From NCBI RefSeq assembly GCF_009914755.1, contig NC_060926.1: DNA of 64,000 nucleotides; one strand, written 5' to 3'. Position 1 is the first letter of the stretch. Every line of letters starts with the position of its first letter. This stretch comes from the human T2T-CHM13v2.0 reference genome, Homo sapiens. The notes beneath the pieces were generated by a model. It had not been told where the DNA came from. It saw only the letters and a program-made list of their open reading frames with translations, and made no database searches. Shown here piece after piece: positions 1 to 16,094 of the stretch. Made by a program: the position numbers and the translations under genes.

Positions 1-699
1 TGCCTGCGTGGGGGCTGGGTATGCACAAGGACTTGGTGTAGTGTCTAATGAGGATAGTGCTTGCCATAAAGCTCACACTTGACAAATTGTGCTTGACCAA
101 TTAAATGTCTTAATTTAGCTTATAGAAATAATGGATTTTTACAATAGCTACCAGATGACCCTACACACACACACGTGCACAAATACACATACCTACAAAT
201 GTTTACATGTGCAACACCTCACACAAACCCACACGAAGCAGATGTGTGTGCCTGAACCCAGCTCAGCCAAAGTGCATCCATCAGCTGCCGCACGCCTTCA
301 CTGTGCTGGTCCTGGAGACTAAGCAGAGAGGCCTGGGCCCCAGGCAGCCCATCTCTGGAAAACCAGTTGCTTGCCTAGGAAGCTGACACAGGCAGAACAT
401 GGTATGTTAGGACAAGGATGGTGTTTGTGTCCTTCCCCTGCAGCGGGAAAGGAGTTTGAGTAAGATAAGAAACAGACGTGCTGGAGGCATTTCCCCACAC
501 CTGAGATGTGTCTCACAGATCCTAAACTCCAGAGACTGGGGAGCCACCATGGACTGGAAGACCCCCAAGAGGAATAACGCAGGCCCTGTGGGACCCTGGG
601 CATGAGAACGGATGTCACTGGACCCACAGCCACATTAGGATGAATCCCATAGGTGAGTTCATAGTATCGAATCATGTGAATTTTCTAGGGTAGATTGTT

Positions 700-830
700 T
701 TAGTCACGTCAGGTGTTAATGTCGGGGGAGTGGCAGGGAAGGCATATGAGATTTCTGTATGAATTTTGCAACTGTTTTGTAGGTCTAAAATTATTTCAAA
801 ATAAAAGATTTTTTTAAAAAATAAATAGAT
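700..830 (+). mobile_element. Old L1M 3'-end fragment
   Basis: 'ttttgcaactgttttgtaggtctaaaattatttcaaaataaaag' plus an A-rich end, typical of L1M 3' UTR termini. Confidence 0.55.
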
Positions 831-1764
831 GTGGCTGACAGGTCGCCAATCTTAGCAAGTTTGCTTTGCAACTGATTCCCTATGAAGATCCTCAAGTTGT
901 CGTCAGAGTCACCAGGGAAAGAAGCCACTGTCAGAAGGAAACAGAGTGGAAATAACGACTGAGGAGCCAGGGAGGGCAGAGCAGGAGAAGCCAGGCAAGG
1001 GCTGGAGGGCGAGGAGGATGTGCAGAGTGGAGACCCCTGCAGCCAGGCGGGAGGACGGGTGGATAGTCTGTGGGCTGTGCCCATGAGCAGCTTCCAGAGT
1101 GACTGAGCATGGGCTCTTCCAGGAATGCACCTGAGGCATCCCAGCAGCTGAAGGGAGGTCATCAGGGTCAGCTGGAGGCCCAGATGAGTCACAGTGACCT
1201 GGGAGCAGGACTGGGCCCAGCAGGGCTTCAGCCAGCACAGATTTGATGCCCCACGTCACCAGGTAAAGTTTCAGCTAAGTGGCATGCAGGAGGGATACCC
1301 TGTGCCCCGCTGTGCCCTGCCCTGAGTACACGCTCCATCCTGACCACCCCACAGGCCCCAGCCCAGCACAAGGCCCAGCAGAGCAAGGGGGTATGCTCTT
1401 CCAATTGCCCGCAATAAACATGAGTGCCAAGTCTAAAGGTTTGCCATTTTAAAGCTATGCCAACATGGCCCATGGGAAAGTGTCGTCAGAGCCCAATCCT
1501 TCCATGCCCTGCCCTCCTGGGAAGGATCAAGCCAAACGGGTGCAAGACCAGGATGCCCGCCACAGCCAGTCCCAGGACCCCGCTGGAAGGGATGGGAGGG
1601 GTCTGCGGCTTAGAACAGTAACTCTGGCAACTCTGAGGAGGTGGGAGAAGGGAAGGAATCAGGCCCAGGAGACTGTGGTGCTGCAGCTGTGGGCAGAGCG
1701 CAGAGAACAGGAGGAAAAGCAGCAGGGCCGTGGGGCAGGAGGGGTCGGAGCAGAGGCGTCCTGC

Positions 1765-2140
1765 AGATGGAACCACGGTCCCCAAAACGTCCTACTCCCT
1801 CCCCAGACCCTGCAGTCACATCACACGACAAAGGGGGTTAAGGTTGCCAATCAGCCCATCTTGAGATGGAGACACCATCCTGGATTATTGGGGGTGGGTG
1901 ATGTGGTCACAGGGTCCTTGGAAGTGACCATGGGTGCAGAAGGGTCGGTGTAGGCCGGCACGAACTGAGGAGGACTCCACCAAGGAGGGGCTGAGCTGAT
2001 GACCGCTGCAGCCTGTCCATGCCTTGACCTTAGCGCTCAGACCCATTCTGGGCCTCCGACTTCCTCCACTATAGGATAAGCTTGTGCCACGGGTGCTGAG
2101 TTGGCGGAGATTTGTCACAGCAGCCGCAGGAAACAAGCCC
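1765..2140 (+). mobile_element. MLT1-type MaLR LTR fragment
   Basis: 'gttaaggttgccaatcagc..cttgagatggaga..atcctggatta' and terminal 'atttgtcacagcagccgcaggaaac'. Confidence 0.6.
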
Positions 2141-3099
2141 AGAGGCCATGGCTGCGGCTCCATCCAGGCACCCGGTGGCTGCAGGCTGCTGGGCCCTGCA
2201 GGTGAGTCCTGCCACTCCCTTGATGGTGGCGGGTCCTGGATGGGCTCAGGGACTAGAGGTGCCTGCAGGGCCTGGCACATGGGGTGCCCAGTCTGGTCTT
2301 GGGCCTCTGAAGGGATGGGGTGGGTTTGTTTGAACATAGACAGGGTGGGGCAGCCAGGCCAATGTGGACAGCCAGCCAGGAGTGCAGAGGAGGAGGAAGG
2401 GCTACAGTGTAGAGTGACCAGCGGTGTCCTGAAAGGGCGATGGAAGCTGCGGGAACAGATGGGACCTCGAGGGAGAGCCGGGGAGGCCGGAGGGTGGGGG
2501 CAGGGGAGAAGCTCGGAGCCCAGCCCCTGCACGGGGAAGGAGATAGCACGGCCTGGACCACAAAGGGAGGTGTTTCAGGACAGCAGAGCAATAGGGTGCT
2601 GAGGAGGTCCTGAGGAGCCAAGGACACGTGGTAACAGCTGCAGAAAACAGTAGTGTTTGGGTTTCATTTGCTTTGCTTTGCTTAGGACAAAAGAAAGCTG
2701 TGCATGTCTACAGGTCACCAGGAAGGGGGAACTGTGGAAGGCGTTGAGGGGCGGCTGGGCAGGAAGGGAATCTCAGAAGGAAGGACAGACCCTGAAGGTC
2801 ATAAGAGGTCACCTCACCTGTCACAACCCTGGGGCTCAACCTGAGGGGGTGGGGGCTGTGGAGCCCCTTCCCAGGGCCCTGCCTCCAGCCCTCACTTCCC
2901 CACTGGGCTGAGCCTTCTTGCCCCTTGAGGCATGGAAACTTGTCTGAAATCATCCCACATTCTCCCCACACTGCTGTTTCTAGAATGAGTCTCATGTGCT
3001 AGGTCCCTTGGGCCATCAGCCTTTTAGCAACCATAACGACTGTTTTCTTTTAAAAAAAGAAAAACAGCTCTTGCCTGACTTTTAAGACAGATGTTTCTG

Positions 3100-3790
3100 C
3101 TCTGGGTCTGATGAGTCTAATGAACAGACAGTTCTTAAAAAAGAAATATGAATGGCCCTCTCCCGCATAGAAGATGTTCAGCCTCACTCATCAGCAGATG
3201 CAATTCACACAACACCAGACACTGCGTTTGCCCTCAGAGTGGCCAGAACTCATGGGTGTGGCAATGTGGTGGGAACACAAAAAGCATGGCCCAGGGAGGC
3301 GAGCTGAGCCAGAGATCACCTGTGCACAAAGGAGCGGCATGTGGTCAGGCAGTCACGGCGACGTTTGCTGTGACATCAAGCAACTGACAGCCACGTGTCC
3401 ACTGATCAGGGCCACGTGAGCAGGCTGTGGCGCCTCCACTCTACGGAGTCCAAGCAGCTGCAAACAAATACAGAAGTGAGGACGGATTTGCAAAGTTCAC
3501 TGTGCAGATTACTAAATGAAGAAAGCAAGGCTCAGAACAATAAAATAGTGTACTCTCTTTTGTAAGAAAGTAGTGCAATAAGAAAACGTGTCTATACATA
3601 TCTATCTTGGTGTTGGCTTTGTGTAAGAAATACCGGAATGATATGCAAGGTTCTAATAAAAATGGCTAAGGGATAGGAAGAAACCAGCTGAGAGAGCCGA
3701 GGGGGCATGTGCTGTCTCTGGGTGTACCTTTCTGTGTGCTGTTCAGTTTCTAACCATCTAATATCTTACACACTGAAAATTGAATTATTT
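3100..3790 (+). mobile_element. Degraded L1M ORF2-end / 3' UTR fragments
   Basis: 'aatgaacagacagttc','agatgttcagcctcactcatc..agatgcaattcacacaacac' resemble the L1 ORF2 3' region. Confidence 0.45.
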
Positions 3791-4639
3791 TGGAAGTCAA
3801 AGCTGACCACTGACTGCTTGCTCTTTCTCTCTCTCTCCCTGGTATTTACCAAGGATCACTAAACTGAGTTATTTGTCTTGCCCCACCCCAGACATTCAAG
3901 AGGAAGGGCCGGGCCAGGGCAGTTCCTGGGCAGTTCCTGGAGTGGCCACTGCACATCTACGGAGAGGGAGAAAAGGAAGGGAGAGCCGACCCTCAAGACA
4001 AGGAGCTTCTCGGGAAATGAAATAGAGACTCTGGAAGAGGGAAAGAGGGAAAGAGCATCAGAGCTTCCCGAGGAGGCTGGGCTTGATGTCCTTCCCTCAC
4101 CTCTCTAGCCCACACCCAGGCCTTGTGGGACCCCATCTCCCATCTAGCAGGGAGGTGTGGACCGAGCAGGAGAGCAGAGCACAGAGCCAGGCTAGCCCTT
4201 CACCCAGGATCTTTGAGAATTTGGCACAAGGGCCCCTCTATTTGGTCTCAGAGCCTGTCCCTGAATATCAGAGCATCTCTCTTTTTTGATGTTCAAAGGC
4301 ACAATTCTGACACTTGGTTTCTGATGTGAAAACATCCCACTCTACAGACCGGCTCTGCATTTGATGTCAGACCTTGCAGGGCTCAGGACGTGGTATGTGC
4401 AACTGCAGAGGTGCCAGCTGTAAAGTCTCACCCTTGGCCACTTCTCTCTTCTCTGATGACAGCCATCTGGCACTGCGCACTTACAAAGGGAAGGACAGGG
4501 CTGACCCACAAGACTTCTGAGTTGCTGAAATCATGGCGAATCCAATCCTCCACCCTGAACTCAGCCCTTTCATCTGTCTCTTGGATATGCATCGTGGCCC
4601 TAATCAATGTAAATCAGTCTGGGCATGACTTTCTGGCTG

Positions 4640-5080
4640 CTCATTGGAATCATGATTGATTATATTTTTTCAATAACTCATCAAAGGACCTTAGGTTTTA
4701 ATCAAAGACTTCAGAATCTTCTGTGGGGCCAAGTTAAATCATTGCCAGCCTGGAGGGAAGTCTCCAGTGGCATACCACAGGGCTCTGTCACGTCAAATAC
4801 TTCTAGAATTTAGATAAAGACGTCAATGCATAAATATTGCATCTACTGATTACCCAAAGCTGAGCAGAACAGGTAGATACAACAGATGGCGGAATCGAGG
4901 TCATCATGGTCACCTCAAGGGGAGGGATTAATGCCCCAACATCAGTGAGCTCTGGCTCAACCCACATAACTGTAAAACCTCATGTATAGAAATTGATTGC
5001 ACTTGGCCAAAGATCTTTTTCAGGGTGACAGATTCTTCCAGAAGGATGGTGTAGCTGTGACAAAAGTGAATACACAGTTG
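4640..5080 (+). mobile_element. L3/CR1 LINE reverse-transcriptase fossil
   Basis: 4751-4789 translates WREVSSGIPQGSV, matching the CR1 RT W..V.SGVPQGSVLGP motif. Confidence 0.65.
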
Positions 5081-5984
5081 CCTACATGGGTGGACACACG
5101 GGACCCCACGGCACCAGGCCAGAGACAGTCCAGATGAGGTGGCTGGCACATCCTGGGGGCATGTGGGAGCCACCAAAGGACACAGAGCTGTGAATCCTGG
5201 AGAAGGCTTGGGAGGATGTAGCATGATCTTGGGACTCAGGGGCTAGAATTGCTTCTGGGCCCTCCCAGGAGGTGTGGGCAGAAGCATCCCCTGCAAGGGA
5301 GGAAGATCTCTCTTCAATTACAGACTCGGTCACTACCAGACTTGGGAATTATCCATCAGTAAAAACATTCACGTTCCATCAACCAAGTAAATTGCAAAAG
5401 AGCTGTTTTAGCTTTTATACTTCCAAAGCCCTAGAACTTTTTGTTCAAATTAAATCTTATCTAGAAGCCGGCTAAGGTTTATAAACCAGATAAGAGTGGA
5501 GTTATTCTTCTTGAAATGGCAGTGGGGGCCTAGAAGCCCTGTGCGTGGGTGCCCCCACCTGTGACTTCCCTAAAATCTCACGGGGAGCACAGCCTGAAAG
5601 CCACTGTGACAGAAGGGCCCTGACCCCGGTGAGGGCTTGCTCCTTATTTCTCTCAGGTGAACTCAATGTGTCTATAATCTAAAGCTGCCATGTATGATGG
5701 GGACACATCAGATGATGCCCAAAGGCCTCGGGAGAGAGAGCCGACCTGGCAGGGAGACCAGGATAGCACAAAGGAGCTCTTACCAAGACCTGGGAAGAGC
5801 CCACGATGCTCTAATAACCTCCTGACAGATCTTGTAAGGAAGTTTAGACTTAAATGCATGATGCAGAATTGCTGTCATTCTGCCCCGTGACGCCTCCTCT
5901 ACCCTTTGGGCAGTGGACACCTCACACAGGAGCTCTCACCATCTTCGGCCCCAGCTGCCTAAAATCTCCTGCTTCCTTCTGTTT

Positions 5985-6110
5985 AGTTTCTGTTAATTCA
6001 TTCAATAAACACTCACTGGCCAGGTGCATGCTTGGCCCTGGGATACAGCAGTGAACAAGGCAGATAAGGTCCTGCCCTCTTGGGGCTCACACTCTAGAGA
6101 CCACCCTCAC
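5985..6110 (-). mobile_element. L2 3'-end fragment
   Basis: 'ttcattcaataaac...ctgggatacagcagtgaacaaggcagataaggtcctgccctc..ggggctcacactctag'. Confidence 0.7.
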
Positions 6111-7562
6111 AGACACAAATAGACACGTCAGGTGATGACCAAAGGCCTCAGGACAGAGAGCTGACCTGAGAGGGAGGACAGGATAGCACAAAGGAGCTCT
6201 AAAACAGAAAGGGAGGAAGGGAGGAAAGAGGGAGGGAGGGTAAGCAAGCATTTGAAAAATCCATATACCAATGTATACCCACACAAGAGCTACTGCCAAC
6301 ACAGCCCGTGGAGGGCACTTGCCCTGCTGCTGGATGGAGGAACAGGCTGCGCTCACTGCTGACCTGGGGATCCCATGAGGAACAGCAGGACGTCTGTTTA
6401 TCTTTTTTGTTAGTGTGCTCTCTGTGTATCTTTAAAAGAAGTACTAGACACGCTTTGTTTCTGTTAGAAAACACGATTAAGTTTCATTTGTCTCTGCTAG
6501 TCAAGAACACAAGAACATCTATCTTCTGGCAGAAATGTTGGTGTGGAATGCCCCAGGCCATATTGACAGAACCACGGGCCTGAGGAGGAGGCTGCGGATG
6601 GGTAAAGGTTCAATATCATGGGTGTTATTCCCATAATATTCTAACAATATTATCCACTCAATGTCATGTCAACTTTTAACAGAATAAACTTAAAAGCTTT
6701 AAAAGAAAAAATTAGCTGTTAGCGAATACAAACAGCTAAGGATGAGAGTGACAGCACTGTGAACCCACTTAACCCATGTCAAGCGTAATTTCTAACAGAA
6801 AAGCAGCCTTTACTATGATTGAGTTAGATAATTGAAAAGGTCCTGGGGGGTACTTTCAAGATTTCTCCAGCTCCTGATATTCCTGAACTCCCACAGTTCA
6901 AATTTATTTGTCTTGAAGATTTTTCACTCTTTAAGCCTGTCTTTGTAAAGCTACTTGTCTCCCGCCATGTGGAGTGGCCCCTAGCACTGAAACTCACACT
7001 GCCTGGAGGGGAAACTGGGAATGGGCAGTCAGTGAGGCCAGACCGGGAGGAGCCCAGGGCAGCGCTGCACAGTGCCAGAAGCGGGTGAGCGGCCTCATAC
7101 CCTCTCCTTCTGTCGCCCAGCCTCAGGGACAGTACTAGCTGCTTCCAGATGTCCAAAAGGCATTCCCCTCAGCTCACTTCTGCCTGGAGACCTCATTTCT
7201 GTGGACGAGCCTCTGCCAGTGTGTAAGACTGTCAGAGCCAAGCTATGATGATAAACACCTACACTGTTTCCTCAGAAAGACCTAGAAATGCCTGGTTTTC
7301 TCAGCCTGGTATGGAGACAGGTGAGGTGCAATTCTCATCTAGCTCTGCCACTGCCGTCTCAAGTCCTTAGGGCGCTCGGCCTCAGTTCCCTAACCCATCC
7401 ACCTGCATCCTAGTAGTTCTAGGATCCACCTGTTCTAGTAGGATCACAGGCATTAGAGCAATCTGAAAATTACAAAACTCTTTATAAGCAACTAAGAGCT
7501 GGGAGGACAACAGAATAAGCAATATTTATATTTCAGCCAATGCTATTGAAATGTTTAGGAAC

Positions 7563-7899
<337 letters not shown>

Positions 7900-8984
7900 C
7901 TATCACATCACTGAATGGTTTGTTTCTTACCTGACTAGAGCTGGGTAATTTGGGAGAGTGGTGGTGGACATAACCCTGAGAAGGCCCCCTCCCCTCCAGC
8001 ACTGCTTGTGAGTGCAGGACATCTGCAGGACTCTGGACTCACTCAGCAAGCCCATTTGGCTCTCAACTCACTCAGCCTCTATCAGTGATCGAGTTGACAC
8101 TTCACCTCCAGGTGCACTGTTTAATTTCTTTCAGAACCCAGATGAGGAAGATGGAGGCTATTAGGCCCCTGGAAAATTCTACCACTTAGGGCACTGGTCA
8201 GAAGCGTGGAGAGAGAATGCAAACAATGGACGATGCAGACCAAAAGGAACTACCTAGTGTGTGGACCTCAGTATGCTGGCATTTTCTTCTCCCTTTATCC
8301 CTCCTTTATTTCTAAACATTTTGTTGAAGTATAACGTGGCAGAAAAGTGCACATGTACATGGCCAGCTTGATGAATCTTCACAGAACCGTCACCAACACC
8401 AAGACCTAAAAATGCACCAGCCCCCAGAGCCCTCCCAACTCCCTCCCAGTCACTATGCCTCCCATGGAATGCACATTCCTCAGACTTCCGGCTTCACACA
8501 TTTGACACGGGTAGGGCTGTAGCTTGGTGTCCTGTGACTGTACTAGGCCAAGTGGGCTGTTTTGAGTTGTGTAGTTGGCTTCCAACTTCTGGACTTGGGC
8601 TAGAAAACTTAGGGTTCAGGGCACAAGCTGCTTTAACTTTGTGGGTGATGCTACCTGTAGGGGCTGTCTCCACAGGTGTGTTTCTGCACAGCCAGGAATG
8701 TAAGAAAAGTCTGGCCCTTATGTGATGCTGCTTGGGCCTCAGCAAAGGCACAAGGGCATTTGCATGAGCCCAAGAGAGAGTGGACCTTGAAAGTGGACCT
8801 TGACCTTGAACCACAATTAGCATAGGTATGTGGCAGCAGGAGCCTGAGTACACACAAGTAAATGTCAGTGCAGCTGTCAAGGCAGAAGACAGTGGGTGCA
8901 ACGGAGCCAAGAGCCAAGGACGCAATTTAGGGAGAAGAGAGTCTTTGCACTGGGAATAGAACAGAATTTGGGGCTTTTAAACCT

Positions 8985-9768
8985 GGCAGCTTCCATGTGG
9001 TGTTGAACTTGCAAGTGCACAGAAGTCAAGAATTGAGGTTTGGGAACCTCTGCCTAGATTTCAGATGTATGGAAATACTTGGATGTCCAGGCAGAAGTTG
9101 CTGCAGTGGGTGGGGGTGGGGGGGGGGTCTCTCATGGAGAACCTCTGCTAGGGCAGTGTGGAAGAGAAATGTGGGGTCAGAGCCAAACAGAGTCCCTACT
9201 GGGGCACTGCCTAGTGGAGCTGTGAGAAAAGGACCACCATCCTCCAGACCCCAGAATGGTAGATCCACTAACAGCTTGCACCATGTGCCTGGAAAAGCTG
9301 CAGACACTCAATGCCAGCCCATGAAAGCAGCCACGAGGGAGGATATACCTTGCAAAGCCACAAGGGCAGAGCTGCCCAAGACCATGGGAACCCACCTCTT
9401 GCATCACATGACCTGGAGGTGAGACATGAAGTCAAAGGAGATCGTTTTGGAGCTTTAAGATTTGACTGCCCTACTGGATTTCAGACTTGCATGGAGGCCT
9501 GTAGCCCCTTTCTTTTGGCCAATTTTCTCGCATTTGGAATGGCTGTATTTACCCAATACCTGTACCCCCGCTATATCTAGGAAGTAAGTAACCTGCTTTT
9601 GATTTTACAGGCTCATAGGTGGAAGGGACTTGCCTTGTCTCAGATGAGACTTCAGACTGTGGACTTTTGAGTTAATGCTGAAATGAGTTAAGACTTTGGG
9701 GCTGTTGGGAAGGCATGATTGGTTTTGAAATGTGAGGATGTGAGATTTGGGAGGGGCCAGGGATGGAA
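8985..9768 (+). mobile_element. THE1 internal sequence (5'-truncated MaLR)
   Basis: 'cagaagtcaagaattgaggtttgggaacctctgcctagatttcaga'; polypurine tract 'gggaggggccagggatggaa' just before the LTR. Confidence 0.85.
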
Positions 9769-10118
9769 TGATATGGTTTGGCTGTGTCCCCACTGGAAGC
9801 TCATCTTGAATTCCTACGTATTGTGGGAGGAAACAGTGGGAGGTAATTGAATCATGGGGACGTCTTTCCTGTGCTGTTCTCATGATAGTAAATAAGTGTC
9901 ACGAGATCTGATGGCTTTAAAAAGAGGAGTTCCCCTGCACAAGCTCTCTCTTTGCCTGCTGTCATCCATGTAAGATGTGACTTGCTCTTCCTTGCCTTCC
10001 ACCATGATTGTGAGGCTTCCCCAGCCACATGGAACTGTAAGCCCAATTAAACCTTTCTTTTGTAAATTGCCCAGTCTCGGGTATGTCCTTATCAGCAGCG
10101 TGAAAACAGACTAATACA
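9769..10118 (+). mobile_element. THE1 (A/B-like) 3' LTR
   Basis: Starts tgatatggtttggctgtgtcccc and ends gaaaacagactaataca. Confidence 0.92.
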
Positions 10119-10640
10119 CTTGCACTGGCTACAACTTCCAGTAAAATGCTGAATGTAAGGGGATAACTCTGGCCATCCTTGCCTTGTTCCCAAAGAAGAA
10201 GGTTTTCAATATTTCACCATTAAGTATGATGCTTGCTATTGGGTTTGGGGGTAGATATCCTTTATCAAAATCAGAAAGTCTCCTTCTAGCCAGTGTTATA
10301 AGAGATTTTTCTTGTCAATTTTCTAAGTCTTAAAATGATGCTTTTATTAATATTTTCTGTATCTATGGGGATGACGATGATTTTCCCTTAATGTTTGTAG
10401 TATGAATTACATTAATTTCCTAATATTAAAACCACCTAGCATTTCTGGAATAAACCAACATGGACATGAGGTACTATCCTTTTTATATATTCTTGGGTTC
10501 CTTTCATTAGCATTTTGTTTAGGATTTTTGCATTTCTGATGAGTGAGACCAGACTATAAATACCCTTTCTCAAATGTCCTTACCAGGCTTTGAAATGAAA
10601 AGTCATACTGGTCTTATGAGTTTGGATTTTTTTTTAACGT
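10119..10640 (-). mobile_element. Old L1M ORF2 fragment
   Basis: 'ttgcactggctacaacttccagta','catccttgccttgttcc','tttcaccattaagtatgatg' are antisense L1 ORF2. Confidence 0.75.
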
Positions 10641-10649
10641 GTTCTTGGG

Positions 10650-11490
<841 letters not shown>

Positions 11491-11590
11491 CAGGGAGAGT
11501 TTGTGAAAGACGGGCTTTCTTTAAATGTCTCAAAGGATTCACAAATAAAGTTATCTCAGCCTGACCTTCATGGGAACTTTATGCCGTGTC

Positions 11591-11882
11591 TTTTATTTTT
11601 GAGACAGTCTCACTCTGTCGTCCAGGCCAGAGTGCAGTGGCATGATCTCGGCTTACCACGGCGGCCTCTGCCTCCCAGGTTCAAGCAATTCTCGTGCCTC
11701 AGCCTCTGAGTAGCTGAGATTACAGGCATGCACCAACACACCTGGTTAATTTTTTATATTTTTAGTAGAGACGGGGTTTCGCCATGTTGGCCAGGCTGGT
11801 CTTGAATTCCTGGTGTGAAGTGAACCACCCCCTCAGATTCCCAAAGTGCTGGAATTACAGGCATGAGCCGCCACAGCTGGCC
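11591..11882 (-). mobile_element. Alu
   Basis: Antisense Alu consensus. Confidence 0.93.
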
Positions 11883-12081
11883 TGCATTGTCTTTGTTATG
11901 AGATTTTCTATTCTTATATTAACACATTAATCTTCTACACAAATTTGTCATTTCCTCTGTATTTTCAAATGTATTGACAAGGTTTTAATGTCTACCACAT
12001 TTGCAGTGATAATACTTTTTTGTTTTTACTTTTGAAGAAAACAGGTTTGCTGAGGTATTTACATATCATAAACAATATTTT

Positions 12082-13130
<1,049 letters not shown>

Positions 13131-13606
13131 GCTGAGCAAAACAAGTTCCCTTAGAGACAGGAATTTTTTAGCTTTTTATTATTGATTTCTACCTTAACTG
13201 TATTATGATCAAGAACATAATCTTTCATTCCTTTAAAAGGTATTAAGGCTTGCTTTATAGTAAAACAGTCAACTCTATGCTCCACATGTGCTCGAGGCAT
13301 TCCCCGGGTGCACTGTTTTATCTACGCTCACAAGGCCAAGGCTGTTGCTTGTTTTCTTCAAGTCTCCCATATCTGCACTAATTTTCAGTCTGCTTGTCCT
13401 ATCATACACAAGTGGTATGTTTAAATCTCTCACTAAGTGTGGATCTGTATTTTCCTATACTCCTATCAATCTTTGCTTTAAATATGCTGAAGCTATTATT
13501 TTGTACATAGGGATGTATAGTTGAGAACTGCTATTTATTTTACAGGTCTCTCTTCATCTCTAGCAATGCTTTTGGCCTTCAAGTTCTCTTAATATACTGA
13601 AAATAT

Positions 13607-13878
13607 GGCCAGGCACAATGGCTCATGCCTGTAATTCTAACACTTTGGGAGGCTGAGGTGGGAGGATCACTTGAGGCCAGGAGTTTGAGACCAGCCTGGG
13701 TGAGACTCTGTCTCTACCAAAAAAGGAAAAAAAAAAAAAAATTAGTTGGGCATGGTGATGTGCCTAAGGCAGGAGGACTGCTGGAGACCAGGAGTTTGAG
13801 GCTGCAGTGAGCTATAACTGTGCCACTGCACAACAGCTTGAGCAACAGAGCAAGACCCTGTCAAAAAAAAAAAAAAAA
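13607..13878 (+). mobile_element. AluJ-like element with internal deletions
   Basis: Alu monomers with A-rich linker and tail. Confidence 0.88.
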
Positions 13879-15878
13879 GCTACACATTAGCTTTTAGTTA
13901 AAATTTGCATGATGTACCTTTTCCCATCTTCTTTTAACCTTTCTCGTCTATAAAGACAAAGTTCTAGACTGTTCTCTTGTAAACTACATACAGCTGCTTT
14001 TTAAGGAAACTTATCTAAAAAAATTGAGCATGTAATCCAAGTACTTACTGATACATTTGGGTCTAAATCTACCATATTACTACATGCGTTCTGGTTGTCA
14101 TACCTGTGCTATTTCCTGCAGTTTCTTACTTTTTTCTGTATTGGCATTTTAAAACCAGTTTTCCTATTAGCCTGGAAGTTACACACATCACCATGTTTCA
14201 TGGTTACCCTAGAGATGGCAAGAAGCAATTCTGATTTACCTGTGTGACTGGGACTCTTAACCACTTCCCAGTTAATGCAAGAACCTGAGATCCCTCGATT
14301 TACCCCATTCCTAACTTTCATGCCACTATTTTCTCATATTTTAATTCACTATGTATTTTCAAGTCTGTAAGACGTTATAATTGCTTTATATGGGCTATTC
14401 ATTTGGATTTATCCATACAGCTACCATTTTCATTACTATACATTCCTTTCTACATCAGTATTGTTTAAACACTCCTTAGGTGAGTCTATTGTATCTCTAA
14501 AGGGTTGGCCTGCCCCGGCCCAGCTCCCCCTGCCTGCCAGTATCTCCTTCCCATAAACCCTGGAGAACACCTAACCTTGTGAGGCCAAGCCTTTCAATGG
14601 CTCCCACTGCCTGCCAGACGGGATTTATAAACTTTCCTGGGATTTATAAACCCATTCCTTAACTGCTTCTGAAACCTGGCCCTTACCGGAGCCCCACTCC
14701 TTGCTGGTACTCTGATGGTGCTCAGCTACCTTCCAGTGCACACAACATGCTGTGCCTTGTACTAGGAATGCCTCCTTCTTTCATACTCTGGATAAACTGC
14801 TCCAGTCCTTCAGGACCAGTCACTTCTTTGGACGGCTCCTTGTGATCTGTGAGAGGCAGACACCCTTTTGAGAGTGCCCTGCTCCAAACCTACTTGGTTG
14901 TCCAGCCTGCTCCGGCTGCTCCATGATGCATGGATGACCTGAGTCATGTGTGTGTCCCCATTTCCTGGCCCAATAGGAACACGGGGCTTACACTGAGTTC
15001 ATCCACAATATAGTGATAATAATCCCTGTAATGCTTTTTCCTTGTGTTGCTTTGAAGTTCAAATCCTAGTCTATGTGAAAGGGCTTTAAAAGTCGGAGGG
15101 AGTACGTACCAGGATTAACGGCTGTTAGTTAGAGACAACTGTTTCATAAGCTTAATGGGAAAAATTTTTAACAAAACATGACTAGCTTTATTTTATTCCC
15201 AGGAGATTATGCCTCAGTGGATAATTCATTTTCTAATCTTGTGCCTGATGATAAATTAGCTTTGTAAGAAGAAGTCATTAAAAAATTTTTTCTTTGTTGT
15301 TCAACTCTTTTAAAATAAAATCTTACATGGAACCCAAATATATGAAATGAATTAAAAATTCACATTGCGGCTGAAGCAGGAGTGAGGCTTTCTCACAGCA
15401 GTCATCAGCAGTACAAAACGACCGCCCTGCTGTTAAGTCTAGAGAGTCTCAGGCAGGTTTATTACGTTCTTTTCAACCAGAAACTTGAATAACTGTTTAC
15501 CATTCCAACAACCTATCTCACACTTCAAAGTACGTTCTTCAGAGTTAAGGAGAGCTGCTTTATAAACAGTATGGTCAAATATAGCCACATATGTAACAAA
15601 CACTCCCGCAGTGTCATCGAGCCCATCTGTGAACAGTCTGCTCAGCTGGCACTAAGTACCGTGATGCTGGCCTGGCTCTGTACCTCAGGTCACCTACCCT
15701 CCAGGACTCCCTGCCTACCAGAACCTGGGTGTCACTGATCTTGCGAAGAAACTTCTGAGCTTGTTCTATGACATGTATAATTTAATTTACTGAAGTTTTA
15801 AAAGACTGAGAGACATCTGTGAATTTCAAATGCAAAAATAAAATTTAAAGTATACAGATAAATTGTGCTATGCAAGGT

Positions 15879-15884
15879 TTTATT
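15879..15884 (-). terminator. Polyadenylation signal AATAAA (distal)
   Basis: Plus-strand tttatt; U-rich sequence follows downstream on the minus strand. Confidence 0.65.
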
Positions 15885-16062
15885 TACAACTTAGATGACT
15901 CTATGATTGCTCAGAATCTGACACAGACTAATAAGTTTCATTGTCTGAAAATACTCATAAAATACCTCATCTCCAAAATAATTCAAATACATAATTAAAT
16001 GAACGTTTTTAAAATGAGAGTTTTCAGAAAGGAAAATTAAACACATTTTAGTAAATATATGT

Positions 16063-16094
16063 TTTATTTGTCAAGAGTAAATGTCAGTTTTATT
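16063..16094 (-). terminator. Two further AATAAA signals (16063-16068, 16089-16094), candidate alternative polyA sites
   Basis: Two plus-strand tttatt hexamers in the 3' UTR. Confidence 0.5.

Noticed and set aside
791-2627. Long overlapping ORFs (133-215 aa) on both strands
   Set aside because: GC-rich sequence partly within an MLT1 LTR; low-complexity Pro/Gly/Ser products with no recognisable domain or exon structure, so probably chance ORFs.
9108-9127. G-run with quadruplex potential
   Set aside because: A homopolymer expansion inside THE1 internal sequence; no evidence of function.
8997-10046. ORFs of 64-141 aa
   Set aside because: Translations of THE1 internal/LTR sequence.
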